From positions 119,474,001 to 119,538,000 of the forward strand of contig OX597819.1 in assembly GCA_951406725.2 (NCBI GenBank): DNA of 64,000 bases, in the 5' to 3' direction. The stretch's first letter is position 1; each line of letters opens with the position of its first letter. The translations under genes and the position numbers were made by a program. This DNA comes from Octopus vulgaris. Its lineage: Eukaryota. Under the pieces are notes generated by a model. That model saw nothing but the letters and a program-made list of their open reading frames with translations. It was not told where the DNA came from and did no database searches. Below are positions 38,524 to 52,138 of this stretch, in pieces.

Positions 38524-40608
38524 AATACATATAAATACATATACACGTGTTTGTATGATTGCATGAATGTACGTATGTATATGTCTGCAGACAAAAATTT
38601 GCAGACAAAAAGGTACTAAAGCGGTGATTTTGAATGCAAGCGTATTAATGAATTACATTCAGATTTGAACCCGATATCCACATTTAATTGTGCATTTAAC
38701 GTATTTTTCTATTCTTTAATATGCGTTTATTACTCTTCTAAAATCATATGTTATATCAGGAACTGACTCCAAGAGGCGCAATTTTGATATTAAGAAATGG
38801 AAACCTGGCAACTTTTCATCACAAGATGAAATGATAGAACCATTCGTCAAAGACAATTCTTTTTTTTTGTTCTTTTTTTAATAGCGATTATTTTCATTTT
38901 TTCCCCTCTGATGCTCAGCAATCCCTGCCAGTAATCAGCTCCACGCCGTGGAAATTATTTCTCGGGTATTCTTTAACAAGTTATTCGTTTAATTAATTAT
39001 GCCCCCTTTTCATCTGAGAATCAAACGAACATTGCATTTAATTATAAGGTACTGAAAAGATGTGCCTTATTATTTTCAGGTGAACGGGTCAAGAAACATT
39101 ACAAAAAAATCTAACTTCAAAACGAAAAGCTATACTTCAGAATGAAGTCAGTTCAGTTAATTAGCTATTTTTTCTCGTTCGCATTAGGAAGCGAATTTTT
39201 CGTTCAAAGTGTTAATTACTAGATTTCAATTCTTTTATCAGGTGATATCTCCTCTCTCTACAGCTGATATTTCTAATTAAATAATGTATGGATTTTCGTT
39301 CAATCTTTTTTTCTTTCCTATTCTATTATTTTCATTGTACTTCTTTTGTGCTTGTTTCATTTTTCTTCTTTTTTTTAGAATTTGCAATAAAATACGAACT
39401 ATTGGTTTTTGTCAAACAGAAGTCAATAGGGTTATTGACTGTTTACTTGCTAAGAGATAAACAAGTTAATGATCTGCCACACTGAGCAGATTTATTTGCA
39501 CACATTATATTACAAAATCATTTTGCAACGTCCATTATATACTAAAACAAAAGCCCTTTGCAGAACAGTTGTATAATGTATCTTAGCTTCGCACCTTACA
39601 GCCAAGATAATAACATAATTCGTTGTTACCTTGAGAAAATAGTCTCTTGACAGATCTAATATTTGGTTAAAATGTCTGAGTCCATTAGCCGTTTTCATTT
39701 ACAATGAAAGTCAATTCCATTCACATATTCTTAGGAAGAAATTGTTAAAATTAGATTATCTTAATCAGACAATACCCCCGTTGCTTGCAACTGTGAGTCC
39801 AACTACGCAGAGTGTTTATAATTAAAAACTTAAATGTCTAAGTCAACGACGAGCTTTCTAAGTAGGAGGGGGTGATTTAATTATATACTCGATGAGTCTG
39901 GAGGAAAGGTCTGAGACCTTAAACATTTGAGGGTTGCGGAGAGAGATGTCACCGATACCATTTATGTTCCGTTTAAACTGTTGCACTTCAATAGCTACAA
40001 GAAATATATGAACGAAAGTGAGATGCCGAAGGGCATGGAGTGTAGACATTGTGATTATTTCTTGAAAGGTTAATTAAACGCATTTAGTTAAAGAGACAAT
40101 TTCGACAGAGTGTCTGAAAGCGGAAACTTCAAGAACAGCTGGATAGGAATAAAATCGCGACAAAGAGAGAGGGAAAGAGTAAGAGAGAGAGAGGGGAGAG
40201 AAAGAGGGGAGAGAGAGATGGAGAGAGAGAGAGAAATTAAAGCATACGTGTAAAGCAATGGCATGTGAGTATCGTTTAGAAAGTGAGTATCGTTTAGAAA
40301 TGCTTCTCCTTTTTTATTTGTCAGCAGCTTTTGAGAGCTGAAGTGTCTTATTGTTCAAAAACGATAAGTGTTATAACTGTACAAAATGGTGGTATTGGTA
40401 TTTGACGACAATGGGAAATTTCAGCCTATTAGGTAATAATTAAAAACCTAAACCTGAAAGGAATAAACGACAGTACTAACCCAAACTTTTCCATGCAGCG
40501 ACCAATAAACGAATGTGTGTTCTTGATTTATATAAAACAAGAAATGCTAAAGTGGGTATAAAAAATATGAATCTAAATAAATATATGTGTCTGTTGGAGA
40601 TGAGAACG

Positions 40609-40660
<52 letters not shown>

Positions 40661-40699
40661 TACAGAAACAGACAGACAGAGAGAGGCATCTACAAGTAG

Positions 40700-41060
40700 A
40701 TATAAGAGGTGTTCAGGCTATATTTGAATGATTCCATTAAAGGGAAACAGAGAGAAATGTATTTTTAAAAAAAAAATATGAAAATGTATACTAGATTATG
40801 TCTAGGAAATTACAGTTTACTCGAAGTAGCCACCACGACTTCAAGACTGTTCCTCGCCAGCTCCTGAGAAGACCTTCCGACACCTTGATCTTGGCCACCA
40901 GCTCGGCATTGGAGTTGCAGGCAGAGAGAGAGAGAGAGCTATCTTTTTCAACCGCAACGCACATAGAGTTATCCATGGGATTACAATAGGAGGGATTTCG
41001 AGGACAGAAATTGGGGCTGGAGAAGTCACTAAAATTCTCCAACAGCGATTTCTAATACTT
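40700..41060 (-). pseudogene. Tc1/mariner-superfamily (maT/DD37D-like) transposase C-terminal remnant
   Basis: ENFSDFSSPNFCPRNPSYCNPMDNSMCVAVEKD...ACNSNAELVAKIK resembles the WPPNSPDxNPMDYxVW motif ending in D. Confidence 0.6.
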
Positions 41061-41911
41061 TTCAGAGATGTGGGAAGGAGCCGAATTCTATAATGATATT
41101 AACGGCCTTCCAGCAGCAAACCTCTGCAGCTAAAAACTGAACACAATCTTCATCTGATACGCAAATACGTCTTATTTATGTTTATATCTATACTGGCAGT
41201 ATCGCTTGTTATTCTCTTTATTTGAACGTTTTTTCTGGCTGAAATACACCGAAAAATGGCGACACAGCAGTCATCGTAAAAAAATAGGGGTTTTCATAGA
41301 AAGAAAGCACCTTTTTGATGTAAATATTTTGTGGTTAACATGGTCCTATTTGAATTTTTCCTCTACGGAAGGAAGAGATCTATCATACTCTCAATGTTGG
41401 TCATCTTGCGCCGCAGGGTCTCGGAGGAGATAGTGTGAGTTGAAGGCTACCAAACCTGCTATACATAGACAACATCAGCTTTATATATAGAGAGATTTAT
41501 ATTTATATAAGACGTCTGTTTATATTTACTAGAGTTTTGCTGAGTTTTAATGCAAGTATAAATGAATAAAGTGTTATTAATCTCTATTATTTGAAATGAT
41601 TTTTGATATCGTTAAATATGGAGGTTACTTATAAACCCTGAATACAGTATTGTTTTCTTACGAATGTTTAATTGCCACTACTCTTGTCCATGCACAATAT
41701 GTGTTTGCGTTTGTTTGTGTGTGTGCGTGTGTGTGTGTGTATGTGTGAGTGTGTGTGTAGTTATATAGTTATACGACGGGATTCTTTTTTCTGTCAACCA
41801 AATCCACTCACAAGTTTTTGGTCTGCCAGTGGCTCTAATAGAGGGCACTTGGCCAACTTGCCACAGAACCCTGAACTATGTGGTTAGGATGTTCTCACAA
41901 CTTTGCCACAA

Positions 41912-42362
41912 ATATTATATTATATTATATTATATTATATTATATTATATTATATTGTATCATATTATATCATATTATATTATACTATATTATATTATAT
42001 TATATTATATTACGTTATATTGTATCATATTATATTATATTATATTGTATCATATTATATCATATTATATTATACTATATTATATTATATTATATTATAT
42101 TACGTTATATTGTATCATATTATATTATATTATATTGTATCATATTATATCATATTATATTATACTATATTATACTATATTATATTATATTATATTATAT
42201 TGTATCATATTATATTATATTATATTATATTGTATCATATTATATCATATTATATTATATTATATTATATTATATTATATTATATTATATTATATTATAT
42301 TATATTATATTATATTGTATCATATTATATTATATTATACTATTTTATATTATATTATATTC
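41912..42362. repeat. (ATATT)n pentamer array with 90-bp higher-order period
   Basis: Variant units recur at 90-bp spacing (tatattgtat 41951/42041/42131; tacgttatat 42011/42101). Confidence 0.92.
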
Positions 42363-42908
42363 ATATATGTCAAAGTTGTTTTCTCGTTTATAAGGTTTTT
42401 GTTTTCTATTTAGGCGTCTTTCATGTTTAATTATTTTTGGTACAACATAAATTCACTCTATAATCGATTTTTCAAGGGAGCTGTCTCCGCTTACTTACGT
42501 AGAGAAACATAATTAATGCAGCTACCTCAAGCACGATTCTTCGACGAGTAATTTATTTCATTCCTAACAGTGCAACTTTATTATATTTATAGATAATTAT
42601 ATTGCAAAGATAATTTATTTGAAAATAGCCATTTCTAAATGTTCAATGATTGGTTTGACTTCAATATTTATAATCCGTGATTTCAACGTAAAATCGCATG
42701 TCATCATATATAGGTATCAATTATAGATAGGAACCATTCATTTAGAGAAAATTTTATCATTATGTTATCCTCCTTTTTTGAAATTAGAAGTTAAATATCC
42801 TATAACTAAAGAGACAAATATATTCCACTTATAGAACTCTATTGCTAGAGACCTATATTGAAAAACAAATAAAGGATTTGGCAATAATACTTAATTACAT
42901 ATGTATAT

Positions 42909-43160
42909 GTGGATGTGCGTGGCTTAGTGGTTGGGGTGTCAGCATCATGATCGTAAGATTGTGGTTTCGATTCTTGGACCAGGCGACGCGTTGTGTTCTT
43001 CAGCAAAACATTTCATTCCACGTTGCTACCGTCTACTCAGCTTTCAAAAATAAGTAACGCTGCGATGCAATGGCGTCCCATCCTGCTGGGGAACACATAC
43101 GCCATGGTAACCGGGAAACCGAGTCCACGAGCCTGTCTAGGCTTTAAAAGGGCGCATTTA
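42909..43160 (+). mobile_element. tRNA-derived SINE (family D-like head/body, V-domain-like tail)
   Basis: tggcttagtgg A-box, ggtttcgattc B-box, tgtgttcttcagcaaaaca body as in 35578-35914, ctgcgatgcaatggcgtcccatcc...ccgggaaacc tail as in 55581. Confidence 0.8.
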
Positions 43161-45640
43161 TTTTTAGTTAGATGTGGCAGTATCGTTAAGAATGTTCTTC
43201 TGCAAATCACATTATCATGTATTCATCTCACGCCATCGGAATTGTACGTGGTTCGAGGGTTCGAACACTAACCGCTACATACTTGGTTCTAGGCACCCCA
43301 AATGACATACCACAGTTTCACAGAATTGATCTACGATACGACCAATAAGCGTGAAGAAACTGCTTCAGCATATATTATTCAGGCTACTCTAAATATTACG
43401 GGCACGGTGAACTGCATTAAAATTTTAATGCTTGAACAATCTGAAATCATATTTATTTTATTTGGAGAACTACAATAACTCTCGGTCTCATCGTTGATCC
43501 TTGATTTCTGTGCGTCACACATTAAGCCTATACTGTTTTCATACATTGCACCATATTTTAAGCTTATATCTGCATGGGCATTCTCACTCCAACACACTAT
43601 CAGTGAGTGGTGTCTTACTAAATATAATCCAACATTACTTACTCTTCAATTTGGTTTAACTTTTCTTTCATCATTCACTTATTTGCCTCCAGATTAATAA
43701 GACAATTGTCATTTGCAGACGTACAACATAAGACGTTCTTTGTATTCTACAGTAAGAGTAGTTGGTGTGATTTTCTTAACTCTCACAGTAAATATTCGAT
43801 TTAGCAACTACCATGTGAGGTGCACAACACAAATTTCATTCACGTTGGCACGAAATTGACACGAATTAGGCGCTCAAACTGGAGAGCAGTAAAGGAAAAC
43901 GAATTTGGAATGAGATTGTAATGGACATTTGACATGTTAGAAAATTTTAGTCATACGTCAAAAACAAACATTATTGCACCTGGTATCTTGAATAAAATAT
44001 CTGACACTAAAGAGAAAATTAGATGAAGTTCGGATTGACTAATATACTGTTAAATGTTCAGATATTGTGATTTCAAAGATGGGAAGAGATCTTAAAATGG
44101 AACGATTGTTGTGAGTGCAGATTGAACATTAGACTGGAAGTAATGTGCTGATAAACATGACGTCCATTCAAGCAAATGGCAAATTACATATGGAAATTTG
44201 CAGGAAATTATAGGTGAAACATCTTATTAAACACCCTTTCATCCTAGTAAATTATAGTTTCAAATGTTTAAGGATTTCTTAATTTAGACAGTAACAAAAT
44301 GGACTGTGGAACTTAATGATATGGAAATTGCTGTTAATTATCCCGTGGCGATGATTATAATTATGGGTTTTAAAGAGGATGTGCAGCAGATGAAATGTGC
44401 AATGATGATGTAACTTAGTTTGCTAGAAGAGAACGGTTGCTAAGACTTCCATTTGACGTGAAAGGGATTCGGCTTCACCTTTTTCAACTTCAAAAACTGG
44501 AAATATTCTGCTTTGGAGTTTGTCTTTTACGCTAGTATTTGGTACCGAAATGTCAAACGAATTATAAACCGGCTTATCTTAATACGTATGCCATCTAATG
44601 TACAAATATGAGTGTCTGGAGAGCTAAGAACAGTTTAATGAATTGTTTGAAACGTATTTATCCTGTTCCAGAAGTATAAACCCCTCTAGCGTAATATATC
44701 CAGCAAAACATCTCTCATTTTAGAAAAGAAATCAGGCGATTCAATGAATTTAAGAGTTTATTCTGTTTATGTGATAGTGGAATATATGTGCAGGAAAGCA
44801 ACTTTGCTCCAACAAATATAGCAATATGTGCTTGGTAAATGATATGAATTTCGAAATGACTCATACAGAGGATTAATGGAAAGGATTAGCATAGAATTAT
44901 CAACTTGAAAAGAAAAACATAGCATATTTACAGTAGGAAAGTATCCCTAGAGTAGAAACCATCCCCTAAGAATGGAGTTGAGTAGAACATATATTACACT
45001 CTGTGTGTGTAATTTCAATGTCTTTAACTAGAGAAATTTTACATCAATCTTAGCCACATAATATCGTTAGTTTTCATCAGATATTCTGTAATGATGATTT
45101 TAATTGTTAACTTAACATAAGTATATTTGAAAGTGTTCACAAAGAGGTGATTTCCAGCACTGAAATCTACAATAAGCTAGTGCTCCGTAAACATACATCA
45201 CAGGGTTTATTATCTCGTGAAAAAGGTGGAGATAATGAGGATTTACAGAAACTCAGCTTTATATGTCCAATGACATCTCTAGTTAATCAGTCTTCTACGT
45301 ATGTTCGGACGAAGACAACGACATTCATATTGACGGGTTTCTAGTCTAATGAAATGTTCACATAAAGACACATACACACGTACAAGTATAATGGATGCAA
45401 TGAAATCACTAAATGGTTTAGAGAATTTGGTAATACTTTCAGAAAACGGCAAATCATTCGAAAATCCACGAAGATGTACATGTGAAAGAGGAGCTGATTA
45501 AATTCTGTGGAGTATATAATTCTCATGAACCGATGAAAATCCAGGGGTGATACATTGCTTGTACAAAGAAAAAAGGTGGCAGGGACAGAATTTTCCTCCA
45601 TTGAGATACGCTTGGATAGTATAGAGAGCAGAAGGGATAC

Positions 45641-46060
45641 TATGTGTGTGAAGGAGTATCGACAAGCTAAACAAGCGGTGGCGTTAAGTAGATCATAACG
45701 GTGAGAGGAAAAGATGCCTGATACAAATTTATCGGTTAAAACGATAAGCCGAAAACTTCGTGATTGTGATTAGTACGATACATATGTTCATGAGAGCAAT
45801 CGATTGGGAAATACTCATTTTAGGAATATAGGGGTATGTGTAAATTTTGTGAGTTTGCAGAGTGTAGATGTAAGCGTTAAATTTCGTGTATTTCATTATG
45901 TGTATGTCAGTATAGTCGCACGTGTGTGTCACGGTGGAAACGAATACGGTTCAGGAATGAAGCTGCATCTGTGTGTATAAGAGAACTTCAGTCAATAGTG
46001 TATATGTAAGGTTGAAATATGGACATCAGCATGCGAGTGGAAGCTTTATTTGTGTGTTAA
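45641..46060. repeat. left arm of a ~410-bp imperfect inverted repeat (right arm 49387-49800)
   Basis: catgagagcaatcgattgggaaatactcatttta is reverse-complementary to the right arm around 49630-49663; ORFs 45729(-) and 49529(+) share TKFNAYI...QTHKIY...KMSISQSIALM. Confidence 0.85.
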
Positions 46061-46225
46061 GGACGTATGTGTAATTTAGGATTTTCATATGCACACACAC
46101 ACAAACTGACCAACACAAACACACACACCTACACACGTATATACAAACATTTGCAGATGTATGTGTGCGTGTGAGTATATATATATATATATATATATAT
46201 AAGAGAACAAAGTGTACATACGCCG

Positions 46226-46269
<44 letters not shown>

Positions 46270-46274
<5 letters not shown>

Positions 46275-46358
46275 TATTAGAGACAAAACCACTATTTTGC
46301 AAAACAAACAAGGAAAGACTTAATCAATACATAAAATTTTAATAAATAGTCAAAAAAA
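46270..46358 (-). mobile_element. fragment of the 15682 PLE-like family
   Basis: Near-identical to 15687-15775; preceded by (TA)n. Confidence 0.85.
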
Positions 46359-46364
46359 TTTTGT

Positions 46365-48801
46365 ATTGATTGATTGATTGATTCTAGTTTCAGCTTATGA
46401 GCTGTGGCCATGCTGGGGCACCGCCATTTGGTGTTGCTACTTGGTTTCACTTCATGGAGGCTTTCTAGCAACTGCTATTTGGTGCATGAGAGAGTTCGAT
46501 GCAGCTGCCCTCATCTGCCCCTCCTGCCGTGAAGTTGGTTCATCTGGGACACCTGACAGGAAGAGATCCAGCTTCATTTTAAAGACATCTGTATCCACCC
46601 CATGCAGGTCTCTCAGGTTCTTCGGGAGGATATTGAAGAGCTGTGGGCCTCGGAAGCCCAGGCTATCACAGAATCTTGTCCTACATCTTGATGGCAGGTT
46701 TGGAGTCCTAGGCACCACGCAGTGGCGCCCAGTTCTGGCATTTGCGTAACTCTCGATGCCAAAGTTCAGGACACTTCCCTCCAGGATCTTCCAGATGTAT
46801 ATTATGGCATATCTTTCCCGCCTACGCTCCAGGGAATATAATTTTAATCTCTTGAGTCTTTCCCAGTAGCTTACATTCTGCATAGAGGCTATCTTCTTTG
46901 TGTAGCTTCGTTGGATCGCCTCAAGTTCTGTGATCAACTTGACACTGGATGGTGACCATAGCTGAGAGCAATAGTCAAAGTGGCTTAGGACAAGTGTCTT
47001 CCAGAGGACCATCATGGTTTCTTGTTCTCTTGTTCTAAAGGTTCTAAGAATCCATCCAGCCAGCCGTCTACATTTCATTGTCAGTTTAGCAACATGTACA
47101 TGAAAGGTCGCGTCATCACTCATGTGAATACCCAGGTCACGCACTGATTGTGCCTCTGGGATTGCAATCCCTCCGGGTCCAGTGTATTCATTGGGTATTG
47201 CATTCAGTTTTGCATGCTGATAGTATAAAGCTTGAAACTTCCCAGCATTGAACTGCATGCTATTCTTTTCAGCCCACTTGTATATTTCGTCCAGCTCACA
47301 TTGCAGGTGTTTAGTGTCCTCAGGGTTCTGTATTGCCTGTGAAACTTTTGTATCATCTGCATAACTTGTGATCGTGGCTCTCTGCGTGGCTGAGGGCATG
47401 TCTGAGAGGGCCATTATGAACAGTAGTGGTCCCAGAACAGTGCCCTGCGGAACACCGCTCACTATTTGTGTGCTAATGGAGGTGGCCCCATTGGCTACTA
47501 CCACCTGACTTCTATCCTTCAGAAAGTCATGAAGCCATTCTCCCAGTTTTCCAACTATGTTGAGATCACGCAGTTTGTGACATATCATTCCATGATCGAC
47601 TTTATCAAAGGCCTTTGCAAAGTCGAGATATATCACTTCCACATTTGAGTGGTTGAGCAGCCGTTTCAGCACCCAGTCATAGTGTTGTAGGAGCTGAGTT
47701 AAACAGCTTCTCCCTGGTCGGAAACCATGTTGGGTGTCGGGCAGCAAGTCATTCTCTTCAAGGAAGGTGATCAGCTTCCTTCTGACTATTCGTTCCATGA
47801 CCTTGCTGATGTGTGAGGTCAGAGAGATAGGTCTATAGTTCTTGGCTTCCGCTCTGCTACCTCCTTTATGAATGGGGCATATTTTACCTTCCTTCAGTTT
47901 TCCTGGAAGTTTGCCAGCTGCAAGGAAGCTCTGAAAGAGGAACTGCAGTGGTCTTGCTAGGACTCTCTTACATGCTTTTAGGAGGATTGCCGGGAATCCA
48001 TCGGGGCCAGTAGCTGAGTCTGTTTTCATTTCATCTATAGCCTTGGTTACATCGTCTTCCTTTATATCGATGTAATCTATCGTCGCCGCCTCTGATTTTA
48101 TATCTGCAGTGGTAAAAAAGTCAGTTGGATTGGTGATTTGGAGATGCCCAAGGGGTGGAGTGAAAACACACTTGAATTGCTCATTCAGTATTTCACTTAC
48201 CCTCATTGGTTTTCCTGTAAGTGTGCCATCCTTTTCAAGGAGTGGCCCTATTCTACAGTGCACTGTAGCTGTTTCTTTGGCATACCTGTAGAAAGCTCTG
48301 GGGTTAGATTTTATGTTTTCTATAGCCCAGGCTTCTTTGTCTGCTCTTTCTTTTTCATGGGAGAATTGCAGACATTTTTCGATTTCCAACAGTTTTATTT
48401 TTAGGCGGGACTTTTCACTGCTTTCAATCTGTTTGTTTAGGCGATTTGAAAATTTCGTACGCCGTCTCATTAAAATTTTCCTCTCTCTGGGGATTTTGTT
48501 CTTGTGTACAGTAGCCTTTCTCTCTGGGACACATTTGTAGCATATGGCTTGCATTACAGACATGAATTGTTGAAGTTTCACGTCGATGTCTGGCGAGGAG
48601 AGACATTCAGGCCAGTTTTGTTTGAGGATCTCTTTCTCAATTTGTTTCCAGTTTGCCTTATGGTAGTTCAAGCTGGAAAGATTTTGAGGGTTTCTTGTAG
48701 GCTGCATGTCCGTGCTCTCTTTTGGCCCGTACATGGTCAGCTCTATCATGTTGTGATCCGAGAGTAGTGTCGGTGTCACTTTCACATTATGGATGAGATC
48801 C
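46365..48801 (-). mobile_element. young 5'-truncated CR1-clade LINE
   Basis: Uninterrupted ORF2 frame, 3' UTR with stem-loop, (AATC)n tail; 5' end abuts a TA-rich tract; no TSD found. Confidence 0.95.
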
Positions 48802-48803
48802 AT
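46452..48803 (-). CDS. LINE ORF2 (end of APE endonuclease, tether, RT, C-terminus), 783 aa open
   Basis: SDH motif ([10 protein letters not shown]), [54 protein letters not shown]. The first 10 aa of the 793-aa track ORF come from microsatellite. Confidence 0.93.
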   Translation of the reverse strand: MDLIHNVKVTPTLLSDHNMIELTMYGPKESTDMQPTRNPQNLSSLNYHKANWKQIEKEILKQNWPECLSSPDIDVKLQQFMSVMQAICYKCVPERKATVHKNKIPRERKILMRRRTKFSNRLNKQIESSEKSRLKIKLLEIEKCLQFSHEKERADKEAWAIENIKSNPRAFYRYAKETATVHCRIGPLLEKDGTLTGKPMRVSEILNEQFKCVFTPPLGHLQITNPTDFFTTADIKSEAATIDYIDIKEDDVTKAIDEMKTDSATGPDGFPAILLKACKRVLARPLQFLFQSFLAAGKLPGKLKEGKICPIHKGGSRAEAKNYRPISLTSHISKVMERIVRRKLITFLEENDLLPDTQHGFRPGRSCLTQLLQHYDWVLKRLLNHSNVEVIYLDFAKAFDKVDHGMICHKLRDLNIVGKLGEWLHDFLKDRSQVVVANGATSISTQIVSGVPQGTVLGPLLFIMALSDMPSATQRATITSYADDTKVSQAIQNPEDTKHLQCELDEIYKWAEKNSMQFNAGKFQALYYQHAKLNAIPNEYTGPGGIAIPEAQSVRDLGIHMSDDATFHVHVAKLTMKCRRLAGWILRTFRTREQETMMVLWKTLVLSHFDYCSQLWSPSSVKLITELEAIQRSYTKKIASMQNVSYWERLKRLKLYSLERRRERYAIIYIWKILEGSVLNFGIESYANARTGRHCVVPRTPNLPSRCRTRFCDSLGFRGPQLFNILPKNLRDLHGVDTDVFKMKLDLFLSGVPDEPTSRQEGQMRAAASNSLMHQIAVARKPP

Positions 48804-49209
48804 ATATATATATATATATTTATGTACATACACATATTTATATATGTATATATGTATATATATATATATTTATATATATTTATATATATATATACATATA
48901 TATATATATTTCTGCACATTTATGTTTATATACAACGATAAAAACATCGCATGTGTATGTGTGCGTGTGTGTATGAGTGTTTAATGGTTTATCATTTTTG
49001 TATCAGTAGGTGGACTGCAAAGCATTCTGAGGCATCGTCTTCAAGTGTTTATTCAAACAAATCCGTCGATAATATAGTTTTAAGTATGATATATATTCTA
49101 TCGATGTGTGTTGCATGTTGGTGAGTTACGGAGATGCAAAAAAGATAAACAACCGTGTTTCGCATTCTTCAAACCGTTTGAAGTGGGAAACGCAACTACG
49201 AAAACAGCC

Positions 49210-49285
<76 letters not shown>

Positions 49286-49353
49286 ATTTCTGTATGTATA
49301 TGTGCATATACATGCATACATATATATTTATTTATATATATATATACATATAC

Positions 49354-49386
<33 letters not shown>

Positions 49387-49800
49387 ACACAAACAAAGCT
49401 CCCATTCACATACACATCTCCCTTCCCCCATATTTCACCCATACATATACACTGTTGACTAAAGGCCTCCAATACTCTCATAGACGCAATTTCATTCCTG
49501 AACCATATTTGGTTGCACATTAATAAACATGAGCGACTATGCTGACATACTCATCATCATATTTACAAAATTCAACGCTTACATTTGCATATTTCAAACT
49601 CACAAAATATACGCGTGCAACTATATTTCTAAAATGAGTATTTCCCAATCGATTGCTCTCATGCACATATGTATGTATCACAAACTTTTTGGCTCACCGT
49701 TTTCACCGATAGATTTGAATCAGGCGCCTTTTTCTCCCTTCGATGTGATCTAGTTAACGCCACCGCTGCTTTATCTTGGCGATACTTCTTCACACAGACA
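49387..49800. repeat. right arm of the ~410-bp inverted repeat
   Basis: See 45641-46060. Confidence 0.85.
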
Positions 49801-49850
49801 TATATATATATATATATATATATACAATATGTTACATTACTCGGTAGTCA

Positions 49851-49913
49851 AGATAAAACTCTGAGTTTCAGATGCCGAAGTGGAAATCCACAACACCATC
49901 TCTTCGGTTATCT
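49851..49913 (-). ncRNA. type-I hammerhead motif with CCGAAGA core, within a ~155-bp insert (49825-49980) in (TA)n
   Basis: Minus: agataa-CCGAAGA-gatg...catc-t-GAAA-ctcagag-TT-ttatct; 6-bp stem I; same stem III as the 12711 motif. Confidence 0.7.
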
Positions 49914-49978
49914 GGCTATTTCCTCTATTTACATAATATTGAGGTCTCTTTCTTTCTTTTGTTATCTTACCGTTTTAT

Positions 49979-50022
<44 letters not shown>

Positions 50023-50026
<4 letters not shown>

Positions 50027-50234
50027 AGAGTTTACACACAAAAAAAAGATGAAGACAGGTGGTGTACAAAACAAACAGATGTATTAGTATAACGCTCAAG
50101 TATAGAAAAAGCCTTTTACGTTTCGAGCCTACACTCTTCTATAGAGATGGACACAGAAGAAACAAGGAGAGAAACAAGAATAGAAATAAAGGAGGGAAAA
50201 AATGTGTGTGGTGGTCAACAATCTATCATTGCGA

Positions 50235-50237
<3 letters not shown>
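50023..50237 (-). mobile_element. HHR mini-element in (TA)n (motif at 50113-50147)
   Basis: Minus: tct-CTATAGA-a-gagt(gtag)gctc-GAAA-cg-TA-aaag; (TA)n on both sides; homologous to 16160, 33058 and 59692. Confidence 0.75.
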
Positions 50238-50326
<89 letters not shown>

Positions 50327-51292
50327 CAGACAGACAGATAGAAAGAAAGATAGATAAAAATATATAGATAGATACAATGGGCTTCCCCACAGTTTCTGTC
50401 CCTGCAATTCACACGCAAATTATTAATCGGCGAGAAGATACTGTACAAATCATATGCCTAAGGTGTCCTGTAGTAGGACAGAATCCGAAACCAAGTGGTT
50501 GGAAAGCAGGCTTTCTAGCCAAAATGTGACTTATATTTACAAATTGTAATGAGATATATTCATGAAACTGTCTGCAACAAATGTAAAGAAAACTAAATCG
50601 TGGAATAAGATTCATATTTCAAAACCTAAACACGTACTGTCCTGTAATTTTTAATATTTGCGGTTAATGCCAACATTTACAAGAAGAATACTCAGTATTA
50701 GAAATTCAAGGCAATCAACCGTATAACGTCCACCAAATCGTTTCAATCGATAACATTTCGTAATACCAACTCAATCAACCATAACCCATTATTTATCCTC
50801 AGTATTCTTCATTATATGACTGAAATACAACACAAAAGAATATAGCTTTTTTAATGTAGTAACTAATAATAAGTAAGAGACTGTTTAGTAATGTTGTGTA
50901 GAAAAGACTAATCGCTGTTTGGTATTGATAAAAAATGGTAATTTATTAGCATACATCTGCCAGAAATCCATAAAACGTCGTAAAATAAGGAATAATAGAT
51001 TGGTATGAATAGATAGGTCTTTAGCGAAATGTTAGTTTCAACGACGTAGAAATACTTTGACCTTTGCCTTATAATTTCTCGATATTACGTAAATTCATGA
51101 TTATGCAATAAAAATTATTAATATAATGTATATAGTACTGCAAGTCGTAATAGCTGAATTTCTTGATATGTGACCAACACGAATATACACACTGATAAAT
51201 ACATATACAGACGTAAGTGTAGGGAAGCATATGTGTGTGTGTGTGTGTGTGTCTGTGTGTGAGAGTAGAATTTACATTAGTTGAAATATACA

Positions 51293-51420
51293 TCATTTAC
51301 ATTATTTACATTCGACGTATATTTGTTAACACCACGTTTCGGCTGATGTACCCTCCAGCCTTCTTCGGGTGTCTTGGGGAAATCTCTAACCTGGGTTCTT
51401 ATTCCTAAGGTATTTTTCGA

Positions 51421-51422
<2 letters not shown>
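51293..51422 (-). mobile_element. short element with hammerhead motif (51329-51372)
   Basis: Minus: acac-CCGAAGA-a-ggctg(gagggtacat)cagcc-GAAA-cg-TG-gtgt; triplet reads GUG; adjoins (TAA)n. Confidence 0.6.
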
Positions 51423-51490
<68 letters not shown>

Positions 51491-51493
<3 letters not shown>

Positions 51494-52065
51494 TAGTTTT
51501 ATTTTTATAGCGTGCTTTCACTTCACTACCGAGCGCAGCTCTGTGTGCCTTGGGTATGTGCTGTGATTTGTTGTGATGCTCTGATGGTTATTGTATGGAA
51601 AGTGTTCTGCGTAGGATGTGTGCAGTGCCTAGTAGTGCAATTTTCTATATGTTATATGTGTTTGTAAGTCCTGGTGTTTTTGTTATGTATATGTCTGAAT
51701 ATTTTTTTATCATGCCAAATGCACCTACTATGATAGGAATTGTTTCTGTTTTCAGATTCCACATTCTAGTTACCTCTATTTCCAGGTTTTTGTATTTTGA
51801 GAGTTTCTCCATTTCTTTTAGAGACACGTTGTCATCAGCCGGTATTGATACATCAATTAGAAAGCATTTTTTTTCTTCATGATCTCTGACAACTATATCT
51901 GGTCTGTTGGCCTTAATTTCTCTATCTGTGTGTATCGGCATATCCCAGAGTATGGTTGCTTTCTCGTTTTCTGTGACCTTTTCTGGTGTGTGCCTATACC
52001 ATCTTTTTTCTGTTGTTATTCCATAATGTTGGCATAGCTTCCAATGTATGTAGGTTCCAACTCTG

Positions 52066-52067
<2 letters not shown>
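51491..52067 (-). mobile_element. 5'-truncated R4/Dong-like element (RLE domain + 3' UTR) inserted in (TAA)n
   Basis: DRVGTYIHWKLCQHYG...ILWDMPIHTDREIKANRPDIVV...FLIDVSIP...EKLSKY: PD-(D/E)xK restriction-like endonuclease; (TTA)n at 51424-51490 and 52068-52138. Confidence 0.9.

Positions 52068-52138
<71 letters not shown>

Noticed and set aside
40265-40300. Perfect 18-bp tandem duplication (similar small duplications at ~6475-6501 and ~60078-60140)
   Set aside because: Ordinary slippage or repair duplications with no further structure.
43200-45000. Possible decayed LTR-retrotransposon pol sequence (RLPFDVK-like fragment near 44443)
   Set aside because: Only isolated short resemblances in inconsistent order; not supportable without a profile search.
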